Shown: positions 15,881 through 29,978, counted from the first letter of the stretch. The stretch is DNA of 56,548 nucleotides from Guillardia theta CCMP2712 (GCF_000315625.1 NW_005434651.1:1-56548), one strand, 5' to 3'. Numbers and translations are program-made. The notes: a model not told the origin generated them from the sequence alone.

Positions 15881-18800
15881 CTATGATTGTGCTTGCACAG
15901 CATCAATCATGAGTGCGATGGTCTCTGTGTTTACATGAGCAAGAAAGAAAAGGGTCATTCAAATGGCACCTGAGTCGGGGGTGACTTCTTCCTGCTTCAT
16001 CTCGTTGATCACCTTGCATAGGCTCAACATGCGCTACAAAAAGAAGAAAACAACCTTGAGAACTTCACTAAGTTTTCGCTGTCCCGACAAGATGGAAATG
16101 ATGAGGTTATACGTAACAATATTCGCTCGTACTCCCGATGTCTGTTCGACTTGTAAAACACTCGAGATTGTAGGTCGACGTGATGAGGAATGAACGAAAA
16201 GTAGAAAAGCAATGGGTAATGAAAAGGGAGATTAGAACCTTCATCCCCTTGTAGACATCAAAAGCTTTCTGATAGTTTGACGATTTGACACAAGCCGAAA
16301 TGAGAGAGTTGTAAGCTTGCACGCTTGGGGTGTGCCCAGCCATCCTGATCAAGATCTTTTCAGTTTTGATCCTTGCAAGAGTTTAGCAATGGGATAGAAT
16401 GGAGAGCGAGCAAGAATAACGACGAAGGTCCAAAAACCGAAAAGGAAAGGGAATCATCAGCAAAAAAAAACGACCTCATGTCTACCATAACATCGATCGC
16501 TCTTCTCCAATCGCCTCCTTCCTCTGCTGCCATCGAAAGTGCGTTGAAAGTGGACAGCGACGGTCTTATTCTTTGCAGCTGCATCTGGCTGTAGACCTAA
16601 CGTATGTGTCATTCAAAACATGGCAAGTGGGAGATTGACAAGAGAACTCAGATAGAAGCTCAACAATCATCACCTCGAACGCTTTCTGCCACTCGTGGCT
16701 CCTGACACATGTCTTGATCAATGTGTTGAAAGTTTGTAAGTTTGCTCTGAAGCCATACTCCTGTGTCAAAGTCAGCTCTTGCTCTCACAATGCCACAGTC
16801 GTCATCATCATTCATCTTCCGCCCCGTGCCCCTTCTGTCCTCAACTTCAAGCAATTGACCTGGAGGAGCCCGACGACTTGAAAGGCGCAGGTTGAGTTCC
16901 CGACGACCTCGCATGTGCCGAGGAGGACGTTGAAGGTGACAAGGTTGGGGGTCACATGGTCTTCCTTCATCAATTCGAGCACCCTAAAGGCGCGATCGAG
17001 ATCTCTTGCAACCTGTAGAGACACTTAGATGCGAAGAGGCTAACGAACGAGCAAGCAGACACAATCAACGAGGGAGTAAAGGCACAGCAAGCTCATAAGA
17101 CACTCGCACTATTTGACAAGCGAAAGGCAGGAAAAAAGGTCCGGGGTGTGAATCAAACGAGCCTCTTATAGTCTGCCAAGGGCTGCTGTAGACCGAAAGC
17201 ACAGGGGAGAGAGGGCAAGAGGAACTAGAGTAGGAGAATAGCGATGTAGCACCTTGCAGGCGTGGATGAGGGCGGTGAACATGATCACGTTCGGCTTGAT
17301 TCCATCTCGCTTGCACTCGTCGAGGATGCGGAACGCGTCATCGAGGCGACCGGCTTGACCGCAAACATGTACGACTGCTGAGTACATGCGAATGTTCAGC
17401 TGGATCCCTGCGTCTTGCATCCACTCCAACACATCCATAGCCTGCTCCCACTGCGACAAGTCACAGTCGATCAGGAAAGGTGGAGAGATGGAGAGATAGA
17501 GAGGAATAGGAGAGGAGGAGGAGGGGAGAAGGAGTGCGGAAGGAGAAGTGCAAGAATGAAAGGCAGGAAGGCAAAAATAGAAGCAAGAGAAGAGGAGAGG
17601 AGAGGAGGAGAAAGTCAAGGAAAAGCACCTGCTTGCTATGCTGGCACACAGAAAGGAGAGCGGAGAAGGTCATGGGGTCAGGAGGGATCTCTTTGCGGAT
17701 CATCTCGAGGAAGAGATCAAAAGCAGTCACCCAGTTGTCCTTGCTTCTGCAGCTTGCAATCATCGTGCTGTATGTTACCACGTTAGGACTGATGCCCTGG
17801 GCCTGCATGTCGTCAAAGAAAGCGAAAGCTTGAGAGAAGTTGTTGGCTCGCAGGCATGCAAAGATCAGCGAGTTGTAAGTGATCACGTTGGGCATGACTT
17901 GTCTTTCCATCATCTTCTCGTACATCTCAATTGCAAGGCTGTACTTTCTTGTCTTGGCGAAAGTACTGATGAGCGTCGAGTAGGTAATCACATCTGTGAT
18001 CACGTGTTGGTCTTCTATCTCGAACAAGATGTCGTAACTTTCCTTCCACTTGCCCATCTCCATGTACACACCCAGCAGAGAATTGTAGGTCACAATGTCC
18101 GGCCTCAGCCCGGCCGCCTTTGCCTCTGCAAAGAGAATCTGGGCAATAGTCAAGGTGTTCTGCCGCTTGCGAGACATCAGAGAGGTTGCGAGTGAGTTCT
18201 TGCAAACAGCGATGAGAGCGTTGAAGGTGTAGATGTTGGGCGAGACGTTCTTGGCGTCCATCTCCTCCTTCAGTGCAAAAGCTTCATCGTACTTGCCACA
18301 GCGATCGCAGAGGGAGATTAAGGTGGAGAAGGTAAAAACATCTCGCTCAATCTGATCTTCGCTCATCATCTCTAAGATCGCAACTCCACTCTCCCAGTCG
18401 CACTGCCGCTGACAGGCAGCGAGGGCTGTGTTGAAGGAGACAATGTCGGGTGAGACCTTCTCTCTCATTCGCTTTAGCATCACGAAGACATTCTGAATAT
18501 CTGGGCTGTGGCGGAGAGCAGATAACACGGTGTTGTATGAGACAATGTCCGGCTCCACTCCATCCTTCTCCATGATGTTGAGGATCGCAACTGCTTCTCT
18601 CCAATCCCCCATCCTCTCTAGGGCTCGGATGCAAGCATTGAAAGGGAGGGAGGAGAGTTTTATCTTTCTCCTTTCGCTTTCTTCTCTCATCCATCGAAGA
18701 ACATCTGCAACCATCATCTTCTTGTGCTTCCTCCCGATCTCAACGATAAGCCTCGACACCAACTTCTCATCCCACATCATGCTCGACAAGACCTTCTTCA

Positions 18801-19419
18801 CCTTGTCCGATGACTGCTCGCTGCTCAAGAGCTTATCGACGTAACTCTTGATGTTATGGTGCTGCCTTGGAGTTTGCGTGCTCATCCTCAAACCATTTTG
18901 CTTCATTTCAACATCAGTCCATGTGTTGCTTTGCTGCCTCCCAGCGGTGTGACTCTTCCAACTGTATCTTCGTCTTGTAAGTCGAGAAGGAGATGTCATC
19001 CGTTTCTCCGACACTCTTTCAGACGTTAGGAAAGAAGAGCTTTCATCCACAGATTCACTCACAAATCGATCCACCTTCTTCGACCTCGTATGGTTTGTTT
19101 TCCCTCGAGAAAAACTTCGAGATTGTTCACTTTGAGGAGACTGATAGTTTGTCTTAAATTCTGAGATGTTTGCCGGGTTGAAATGTCTTGGAGACCTTGA
19201 AAGAGCAAGGGAAAGGAAAAACTGCTGTGCAAGATTGCTCTTTTGAGGAACACGACATCTTGAGACTGGAAGCTTGTCCTGCGTCGGAAAAAGTGGACAA
19301 AAGATCCTTGACGTAGAGGGAAAACCTTTGTGATGAATTTGAATAAAACTATGAACAACTGTGCGGGATTGAAAAATAATAGAACAAAAAATAAAACTAA
19401 GAAGGCTGAACGATTTCAT
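15881..19419 (-). CDS. P-type pentatricopeptide repeat protein with a bipartite (signal + transit-like) leader; multi-exon at the 3' end
   Basis: More than 15 tandem 35-aa PPR motifs (PDIVSYNTVLSAL, PNVITYNSLIFAC, PNVVTYSTMIASC, PNLVTFNVLL); hydrophobic N-terminus ending ..VHS-F. Confidence 0.92.
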
Positions 19420-20265
19420 TGCTGGTTTGACTCAGATCCTTGAGACTGATCTTGAGTTTCTATCTCCCGCCTGGCGCAAACCGTTGAGTCACCCGTGAAT
19501 TCGATAGCTCATCGGTCAATGACCATGTGGAACTATCGCAATACCCTCTTCTTGCTGTTAGGAGAATTTTATCGTCTTCCAATGAACCAAATCATTCTAG
19601 CACCATCCCTCATCTGATAGAGAAATCAATTTCCTTCTGTGAAAGCCAAACACATCAGAATCATTTACACAAGCATCATTTACACGCTTAAATAATTTTA
19701 AGGCATCAATTGGGTTCAACAAGACAACTCGCCGTTCTCAGATCTGACCTAATCTTTGCCAACTATTCTACACTACGATATAGACGGATTGCATTGTCGG
19801 ATCGTCTCTAAACGTCTTCATCTCAACGAAATTTTTGCTCTCTGGTATTCGCAAACAACTCACAAATCAACTCACAAATCTATTGGCCAGATAAGAGTTT
19901 AGTGCTTAGGTCTCTGAGACCAACATAGTACAACATAGCTCATCTGAATTTTCCTCCTCTGTCTAGCCTTATTACAACCCTCTTGCTCTTCACTCAATTT
20001 CAGCTTCTACCGTAGCTTTTCGTTTTCAGGATGTTCACCTACATCCTCACCCAATCCACTTCCTTGTCCCTTCCCCTTCCCTTTCCCCTTCCCTTTCGCT
20101 CTCGTCCCATCAGTTGTCCGCATGCTCCCGTCCTCATGTGGCCGCCAAATTTAAAATTTAGTTTTATGAATTTACTCATCAATATTAAAACTACTTTTTA
20201 AAAATTCTCAAGAGACAGAATGAGCAGCAAGCGAAGAAGTAAATTGAGTCAGACAAAACAAGCAG

Positions 20266-21273
20266 ATAGATGAAGAAGACCAGCAGGTAGACGAAGAAGA
20301 CAGGCACGTAGACGAAGAAGACAGGCACGTAGACGAAGAAGACCAGCAGGTAGACGAAGAAGACAAGCAGGTAGACGAAGAAGACCAGCAGGTAGACGAA
20401 GAAGACCAGCAGGTAGACGAAGAAGACCAGCAGGTAGACGAAGAAGACCAGCAGGTAGACGAAGAAGACCAGCAGGTAGACGAAGAAGACAAGCAGGTAG
20501 ACGAAGAAGACAGGCACGTAGACGAAGAAGACCAGCAGGTAGACGAAGAAGACAAGCAGGTAGACGAAGAAGACCAGCAGGTAGACGAAGAAGACCAGCA
20601 GGTAGACGAAGAAGACAGGCACGTAGACGAAGAAGACCAGCAGGTAGACGAAGAAGACCAGCACGTAGACGAAGAAGACCAGCAGGTAGACGAAGAAGAC
20701 AGGCACGTAGACGAAGAAGACCAGCAGGTAGACGAAGAAGACCAGCAGGTAGACGAAGAAGACAGGCACGTAGACGAAGAAGACCAGCAGGTAGACGAAG
20801 AAGACAGGCACGTAGACGAAGAAGACCAGCAGGTAGACGAAGAAGACCAGCAGGTAGACGAAGAAGACCAGCAGGTAGACGAAGAAGACAAGCAGGTAGA
20901 CGAAGAAGACAAGCAGGTAGACGAAGAAGACCAGCAGGTAGACGAAGAAGACCAGCAGGTAGACGAAGAAGACCAGCAGGTAGACGAAGAAGACAGGCAC
21001 GTAGACGAAGAAGACCAGCAGGTAGACGAAGAAGACAAGCAGGTAGACGAAGAAGACCAGCAGGTAGACGAAGAAGACCAGCAGGTAGACGAAGAAGACC
21101 AGCAGGTAGACGAAGAAGACAGGCACGTAGACGAAGAAGACCAGCAGGTAGACGAAGAAGACAGGCACGTAGACGAAGAAGACAGGCACGTAGACGAAGA
21201 AGACCAGCAGGTAGACGAAGAAGACAGGCACGTAGACGAAGAAGACAGGCACGTAGACGAAGAAGACAAGCAG
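20266..21273. repeat. 21-bp minisatellite, 48 units (GTAGACGAAGAAGAC + CAGCAG / AGGCAC / AAGCAG)
   Basis: 1008 bp of exact 21-nt period with three interspersed variants and one hybrid CAGCAC unit. Confidence 0.97.
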
Positions 21274-21293
21274 GTTGAAATGAAGATAGCATC

Positions 21294-24200
21294 TGGTGAT
21301 CAAAGTGCTGACATGAGCAGGCAAGGGGAGCATCTAACAGTTGATGATGCAGGAAGAGGATGATTGTTCACTCTCTTGGAGCAGCTGCCCGATTCCAATC
21401 CCTGGCAGGAGAGCTGGGAGGATTTGGCTATGATACTTGTGTAATGAGCAAGCTTCTTCTTTATCCCTGCTTTAACCTTGTTTCCAGAGAGCCTGGGGAG
21501 AGCCAGGTGTAAGATGGATGGGCTGCGACGAATTTTTTCCTGATCCAATAGTGTACAAGGATCTTCGCAACAAGGTGAGCGACTAGCGACATTGCAGCTC
21601 AGTCTCAACGATCGCAGGTACCCAAGGGATGCGCGCCCACTCAAGTTCAATTTGTCGGGGAGACTTCCATCGGTAGGCGAGCCGACAGTTGGCCATAGAG
21701 TGACATGCTTGCAGGCTCCTACCCCTTCGGTCAGCCCACTGAGGGAGACCCCAACCATCCGCCTTTCTGGACTCCAATGACAGATTGATGACAATTGTGC
21801 GATGAGCCTGGTGTACTTGTAGCACTGTAGGGATGTTGGGAATTGTGTGACTCGAAAGTTGTCTGGACTTGTTCGTTTTACTCGCTCATCATCCCCTGTC
21901 GCGATATTTCTGTCGTTCCATTCAATCTTCCGAGAAGCAAGGGGAATCACTTACTGACTCCTTGGAAGCCTCGACGAACTTGCAGTCGCTGAGAAGCTTA
22001 TGGAAACTATGTCATGCGCATGCAGAGCAGAAACGATGAAGATACTTGAGGGAGAACGTCCTGATCGGACAAAGACTTGATCATGCTCTGAAGCCTCGCC
22101 CTTTGATCGTCAAAACTCTTCTTGCATTCTTCGAAGAATGCTGCCTTGGCATGTCGCTGAATTTCAGATCTGAAAGATACGAAATTTGATAGAGAGAAAG
22201 CGATCGCATATGAGAGAATGATCATATTAGAGTTGAGATGAGCGTGTTCTTTGTCATGGCAAAGCCTTGTACCTGCGCATAAGTCCAGGTATAAGCATCC
22301 CCCTGAATCTTTGAAAAGAGAAACGTGAGTTCGAAACGAGAGGATATTCAGTTATGAGGGTAACAACCTGTAATCTCTGATTGCTGAGAAAGGAGCGACT
22401 ACAGGTAGAGCATACACGATTTCTTGTTTCGTGGCTGGATTCTTCAAGGCAAAGTGAAATGAGGGATGAGGAGGTAAACTCCTACCGTGATGAAGTGTCG
22501 GAAGTCAGTCGCTTGAAAAGCTTCGGCCTCTTCCACCTGACGAGACGATCATTTCCAGCAAAACTTCAGCTTCATTCACCTGAGACGTTGAGTTCTCGAT
22601 CACGTCAGTGTTACGCTTGTCAGCATCAATCTCAGTGAAACTGGTCTGACTCATCGTTTCAGTCACAATCTCTACATCTTCCTGTTCTTTTCTCATCAAG
22701 TTTTCATCGTAGGTCAGATCATTCGCTCTAGGGGAGTAGAAGAAAATGCCGAATCCCATGCAAAGAGTGCTGATGGAAACAAAATTCTTCTTTCCTCGAA
22801 TGACAAAACCTCCTTTCGAGAGATATTCTCCTGACTGCACAGGCGCGGATCTTATATCCTTGAGTTCAGAGTAGAAGCAATAAAACCTGAGGAGCTTTTG
22901 ACACTTGATCAGGATAAACCCAGTAGGCAGCTGTACCGCCTGTAATGCTATCGTTTACAACCTGACAAACCACAAATGCAGGGCTAACTTGCAGTCTTCG
23001 ATTTCCATGCAGAACTCCTGCAGACTGCAAACTCTGCAGCTTGCAGGATTGTGTTCTCTGGCAACACTTTCCTCTCCTTCAATTCGTTTCTGGCGATCAC
23101 CGAAGATGCTCCATGTATATCTGCATGGAAATAGAAATCTTGACTCCGCAGATATCTAGGAATTATTCTTGTTTAAATTTGGGACTGTAGATGTTTTCTC
23201 TCACCGCTTCACCAAGAGCTCGTTCTGTTGGGCATCTTTTCCTGCAATCACCTAAACAATTAGTTCAATGTTTCAAAACAAAGTCCTGTAGAGTATCACC
23301 AATATTTGATCGCTCGATATGAACCAGAAAAATTTCTCAAACCAAAACTTCCTCCGAACTGAAGAAATTCCAATTGAAGACGACTTGCTCTGAAAATCAT
23401 TCTTTGAAGCTTTTGTGTTCTTCCTCTGCGAAGCCCTGGAAACACCTACATGTAACTACATCAAAACATGTTCTGGGTTTAAATACTTGATTTGTGTATT
23501 CTTCAGGGAGATATCTGCCATCTCTTCCGCTCTTTGCTGCTTTGCTGCAACTTTCTTTTTTTTTTGGAAGAAATTCCTAGCGTTTGCCAGCGATGAGATG
23601 GAGTAGTCAAGGACAAGAGTGATATCTGTTGCTCCTCTCGACTTTACAGCTTCACTCTCCACTATCCCCTCTTGAGGGAGGCGAAAAGAAGCCTGCGTGT
23701 TAGCGAGGTCAACACTTTGAAGCCACTTGGTCCACGGGCAATCCTGTGAAAAAAGGAATAAATGTGGCGACAACACTTTTGCTTTCTGTGTCAAAGGCAA
23801 TGTCTTTACCGTAGAATTCATTTCATGTATCTCATGAAGGACATTTGCAGCGTTTCGATGAATCTTGACTAGTCCTCGTATTTTATCCAACGCTTCGTCG
23901 ATATGAAATGAATTGAGTTCAAGCAATGTGGCTTTCTTATGGTTGAGAAGCTCCTCTTGCTTCAAGCCTTTGAAAATGGTGATCACTGAGAGCATTTCAA
24001 CATCTCAATTTACCTTCAGTGTGAGATTTTATGTCTTTCTTGGCCTTGTTTACTTTCTTCGAAACAGTTTCCACAGCTTCATTTGCATCCTTTTGATCTC
24101 TGCCATACTCATATTTCAAATGACGTGAACAAAACCCATTCCTCGATTCACCTGTTGAAATCAATCGTAGAAAAGAATTCATCCATCGCAACATCAATGC

Positions 24201-25597
24201 TGGGATATTCTAAAACCATTTTGTCCTCTTGCTGTTTCAACAAGATCGGAGAGAATTCAGAGATGACGAGGGTTTGATTGGAAGAGTCAGATATCCGGTC
24301 TAGGATGACATAGCCTTTGAGTGCAGCTGAACTTGACGGGGTGGCCAGCTGCTGACTGTGACCAAGCATGAACAAGTGATCGATCTCTTTGAATGCTTGT
24401 AACAGTCTTTGCAGGTCAATGTCATTTCTAACTTCATCCGCTGGGATATCCGGCTGCAAATACCGGTTACCACAACACTCCCCCATGCCAGGTACACCTG
24501 AATTCCTGCACACAGCAAGACATGCTCTATGAGTTGTCCAGGATACTGGCACTCCGTTGCAAGCAGCTTCATCAAAGCTGTTTTCTTCTTGTCTTTGCGT
24601 GTGAGGGATGATCCAGTGGACTCTCTCAATCCTCGACAGATGGATCTTGATCGCTCAATCGCCTTCACAAGTCGGTCGCAGCTCATCGGCTGAAACCCTC
24701 CTCCATCATCTATCAAGTATTTTGACTTGACCTCTACATGTCTACCATCTGGAGTCTCGTAGGAACGAAGCAAAGACAAAATGGTCATCTCATGATCGCA
24801 GAGAATGATGTTGCCGGCAGCGTAGAATTCTAGGATCAGATGGTTGGATCTGATGCAGATCAATTACGATATGAAATGAGCATTTATAACAACCTGTTTC
24901 CCAGTCCAAAAGTCATCTGCAAGACCCTATCCTTCCCGACCTAGGAGAATCAAAGTCACAACAACTGCATCCATCCTGTTTTACATGATTCGACCTGCCT
25001 GACATCGTTCAAGAACTGTCCTCGGATATGCTTCCTGATCTTCGTCGCAAAGTTGGATGGGCGGGATGCAGTTGCTCGATGGAAACGAGAGGTGTGCAAT
25101 CGACTTCCACTTTCAATCACCACAGAGATCCTTTGACTGCTACCATTGACGTGTAGCGCATCTGCCGACATTGGGAGAGTCTGACTCTCCTTCAATGCAC
25201 AGCTAGCGCCTAGCCTAATCTCAAGCGTCCTTGCATTGATGTCGTAGATGTTTGCAACCCTGGTGCCAATTAGGTTTCTCAATATTCTCGTTTCGACCGA
25301 GAGATCTAAAGAAGACATTCGCATCTTAGTGCTGTCACTTGCTCTGGTCGTGATGGTGCTGAGGTTTGTCTGTTGGAGCATCTCATACGCGTCTGCTGTG
25401 TTCTCGTTGCACTCCTCTGCTACCGCATCACTACATGCCTCAGAACATCCTCCTCGCAATGTCGAGACCCATTGAGCGGAAGGAATGCGACGTGTTAGGT
25501 CGGGACTGGCCAGCCTGCTGCCGGCAGGTTTGGTGATGACGAAGAGGATATGAATAAGCGTCAATTGAAAGCATCTTGACTGCGATCGTGACATCAT
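21294..25597 (-). CDS. NEMF: NEMF/Rqc2 (NFACT) ribosome quality-control protein with an N-terminal signal peptide and LRGG leader; multi-exon, 3' end uncertain
   Basis: RMSSLDL..LIGTRVANIYD, VIESGSRLHTS, SNFATKIRKHIRG, HLILEFYAAGNIILCD, FEKFFWFISS, IAGKDAQQNELLVKR, HGASSV, SGEYLSKGGFVIRGKKNF. Confidence 0.85.
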
Positions 25598-26208
25598 TAC
25601 ATCTCTTGAAGTTTCCTGTGATACTCTCTGGCCCTTCTTTCCACCTTCGCCCCTCCTCTCATCCCAGTTTGAACAACGAGATGCTCTTCGTCGACGTCTC
25701 CTCAAAGTTTTCTCATTGATGCCTCTCACCTTTCCCACATATTCCCCCTTCTTTTCTCTCTCACTCCCACTCCTCCTCCTTCCTCCCTCTTCCCCTCATC
25801 TCTCCTGTGCACCAATGCGTCCAATCATGGTTCTTGTGCGTTTTCATTGGGTAGAGGGGTACTAAGGCTCTTCTAAAGAGGGGTGGAGCAAAGGAGAACG
25901 TAGGGGTGGACAACATAATTGGCGGAATTGAGAGGGTGGGGCAGGGGAAGAGTGGAATGCAAGATCTTCAGCAAGATGACGACTGAAGGTGAGATGCGAG
26001 GAGAGATGAAACGAGGAGAGGAGACGACGACGCAGGAGGAGGAGGAGGAGGAGGAGAAGAAGAAGATGATGATGAGGAGGAGGAGGAGGAGGAGGAGGAC
26101 GAGGACGAGGACGAATTCTATGGTGGTCATGAAGAATCCGAGACTCTGAATTGCAATCAGGGAGCTAGAGAGATCAAGCGTGTGCGAGTGTAGCATACTA
26201 TTCCCACC

Positions 26209-29200
26209 TTGACTATTGTTTTGCCTTCAGCACACAGGACTCGTATCGCAGTTCGAGCGTTGATCTTTTTGGCTTTCATTTTATCGACGTCTCAGGAGTT
26301 TGAGGGGGGACGTCATGGTTTTAATTCGATCTTATCAAGCCCTCAATATCAGGCCCATCATGATCGACGATGCACTCCTCTTATATGGTGAGGCTTGTTT
26401 GCTTCGGGGTTGACTGCTCTCATCATGACGTCTGGCAGTCTCAAGAGCTTGCGAGGAGGAATCGGGGGATCGGCACCTGAGCAGGGGGACGATGATGAGA
26501 TTCTACCAGACGTTTCAGAAGGTTTCAATGTTGACTTGGTGGATGAAATCAATGCGCTGTCAGCACGAAACATTATGAAAAATGTCTCTCAGAGTGTCTT
26601 GGACCAAAAGCTGAGTCATCCAGGCAGAAAGACCCTGAAAGAATACCTGCAGAGCGTGAGATTGCATGACGATGGGCAGGATGTCGTCAATGGCAGTGAT
26701 GGGAGCAGGAGGTGGCAAGAGGCGAGCAATGAGGAGGATGAACATCTTGAAGCAAGATCTCCATCGATTAGTCCACCCTCAACAGATGAGAGCGAAGTCG
26801 AGAAACAGCCCAGAAGTCCAGATGTTGAGCCACCTTTGTCGATACCCGACATGTCGTCAACCAGCTTGGTGAAGGGATCGGACACTTTCCAACTTCCTGA
26901 ATACTTGCTTCCGCAAGATGAACGAGATAAGCTTGAGGTGAGCGTGTGGAACTTCGTCAGATTTCAGAGCAAAACTGAGTGTTGTTCTGCTTGAATAGCA
27001 AGAGCGGAATGTCAGTCGCAAGATTGAGGGGCTGAAGGACGAAGAAGGATTCTTCCGTCCTCAAACACCAGAGCCTCTCCATGCTGTACTTCACTTTCTC
27101 CCTCATGGCTAACACTAATGACGATCATGTCAGGGCAATGATCCCAACTCCAAATCGATAGTGGAAGGAGAAGGGTTGATGTTTCCAGATTTGATGCCTT
27201 TGTCACAGCAACTCCAGTGAGCAACTGGCCTTGACGTACCTGATCCTCCATTCCTGACCTTTTCCTGATTCTTCTACCTGATGTTGCGTGTAAGCTTCTG
27301 ATACTGTCCGGAAGGTATTACAAGAAGCGGCTAAGCGAAGTCGATGCACAATGGGAAGAGTTCGACAAAGAACACGGATACGATCGAAAGCGTGGGTCTT
27401 ACTATGATTCTGAACTCGATGAGGCAAGACGAGAGTCAAAGCAATGCTATCAAGCCTGAAATGTGCATTCAGATCGTGCACAGAGAGGACGAGTTGGCGA
27501 AGTACATGAATCAGATTGAACGAGGTATGAAAGAGTCGTCGGATGACGCCGAGATCCAGAGAAACGAGAAGTTCAAAGAATTGGAGAAAGAAGACGAAGA
27601 TGCAAAGCTAGTCGTACCGAGGCGAACAAGGCAGATAGTAAACCACTGCCATCGTTACTACAACCGATTATTCGGCAACAGCGTAAGAGCTTGCTATGCT
27701 TTTTCTCTTCCCTGATCCGTCCAATCTATCTTTAGGGCTTCCGTGTGTCAGACGAGCCGTCGGACGATTGGGCTTTCTGTGTGAACTCGTCAGAAACAAG
27801 TTCTGAGGAGTGGGGGAAATTGTCAGATAGTGTAGATGAAGAGACGAAAGAGAATCAATGCTACACGGCTGCCTTCGTCGTGCAGCTGATGATAGCAGGC
27901 TCTATTTCCTACTCACCTTGTCGGTTTCCTAAGGCACCTCCGCGTTGTTGTCTTGAAAGTTGACTGAGTTTGTCATGTCTGCAGGCCGACACCAATCTGG
28001 ACTCTATTGATGTTGCTCTTCAGCTCCGAGCTCTCAGAGATTATGGGTCGTCTACGATTCTACTGCGAGGAACATGCCCGGGTTCGAAGTTGGCGAGATG
28101 GTTTCAGGTCTGTAGTCTTGGTTGTGACAAGCTTGCTGACCAGAGAACTCAATGTGACAGAGAATGCTTTACCCTCGGTGTCCCGGGCTTGTCGGAATAT
28201 GGTACAACCTTACAGATGTTATGTCAGTAAGTGAGAACGATGTTGTGATCCCACGCACGATAGAGGAGGAGATGAGTGACAACAACCATGTTAAAGTTCT
28301 CAAGCTGAGAAACTCTTCGGTCACCTGGAACTCTCTTCCGCTTGCTGTTCAGACCTGTGTTCGAAACTACGTCGAGAACATGGAGAGCTTCGGCATGGAG
28401 CAACTGAAGGAGCCTGAAAGGATCAAGGACAACTTGGGTTTTCACGCGAAGCTCTGCTCGAAACAGCTCAAGATTGAGGGAGGAGATCACTTGTGGGGCG
28501 ATCAGACCCTTTCACCTGCAGCTATCAGGATGGACGGAGATCAGTGCTGCCACATCATATGCGAACCCGGCACGCGACTCCTCGGGCAGTGGATGTTGGG
28601 AAACTACACAAGTGGAACCATGAAGCATGCGACTTGTTTGGCTGGGGCGCAGACAGTGGCAGTAGATGGCTATGGCTTCTGTGTTTGTGTGAGTGGCGGA
28701 TTTTGGCTTTTCGAGAATTCATGTTTCAAGATCGAACGAAATGATTCCTTGCGTCCAAACACAGAAGATCTCTACGACGTTTTGTACGCACAACTTCACG
28801 GACGGCAGGTACCGGTAGCCTCCAGGGCTGAGAGAAGCGTTGGGGTCTTGCTGCGAGGAAACGCATTGGTCTACTTCTTCCGCTGTGAGATTTTCATGGG
28901 CCTGCGCGTGGAGCATGAGGCAAGATTGACGACGATCGAATGTCACATCCTTGAATCGACGGCAGAGGATGATGGAGTAGCGTTCTTCAACGAGTCACAA
29001 GGGCACCTTGAAAGATGCTTGTTCTCGCATCACAAGCGAGCAGTGATAGGGATCAGCAACGAGGCGAAGGTGCTGGTCAAAATGTGCGAGTTCTACCAAA
29101 ATCAAGAAGCTTGCATCTTCCACTCAAATTACCCGAAACCCAACGGAAGCATCTCTTCAATCCATGAGTTTTGGAGGTCAGAGCTTAGGGTTTACACCAA

Positions 29201-29978
29201 TATCATCCGGGATGGCAAGGCGCTGTGGCTGGGGAATGAACTCAAGGTGCGATCACTCTGGTGTGCTTGCATACGAGTGTTGCTTCAAGATTAGCAGTAG
29301 TTTTATCTTCGATTGAGTTGACTTCTTTACCCACAGATTGACCTGGTAGACGAGAAAGAAAACTTCTTGAACGACAGGAAGTCAAGAGCATTCATCCGTA
29401 AAGGCTGCGGTCTCTTCACGGAGGAAGAGGTCGCCAATGAGAACTGCAGCTTGAAGCGGGAGGCGATGAACGGGCTCCAAGGGTTTCCTCTCTTCGCTCC
29501 CACGGTAGTCAACTACCTCTCGACCAACTTCGAGAGGACAGTCGAAGAGTTCCACAAGAGCGCCGAGCGATCCTCGAGCGAGTGGGGCGACAGCGAGGAG
29601 AATGTGGACGCAGTTCCCTCGGTTTTCAACAAGGCCAACGTCACTGCCGATGAGGTGAGGAGGGGGGGAGGGGAGGAAACGCCTGCCGCATGTAATCCGC
29701 GATTGACGCAGGGCAATGACGAGTCTGCTTCTTTGGACGAGAACGCAGGAAGTCGAGATGTCATCACACGGCTGCTAGAGAAAGGGAAGCGCATGAACGG
29801 AACAGGCTTCGATATCGCAAGGCAGCTGGGAATCTACGACGAAGAAAACGACCCGGAGAACAACCAGGAAAGGGAAATGAAACAGCCGGAGATGACCGAA
29901 GACGTGAAGATGATCATCAACAAAGCTTACGACAAGATCGAAGAGATCGCAGGCCGAGAATCAGCGGAAGAATTCTGA
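26209..29978 (+). CDS. Unknown multi-exon protein with an LRGG-type leader, acidic regions and a probable right-handed beta-helix domain
   Basis: Co-oriented ORFs 26395-26994, 27344-27715, 28164-29294 and 29367-29978 linked by GT-AG introns; SLKSLRGG follows a hydrophobic segment; beta-helix-like repeats in 28164-29294. Start is uncertain. Confidence 0.55.

Noticed and set aside
20191-21333. ORFs 20191-21333 and 20208-21269 as standalone genes
   Set aside because: By-products of a stop-free 21-bp repeat.
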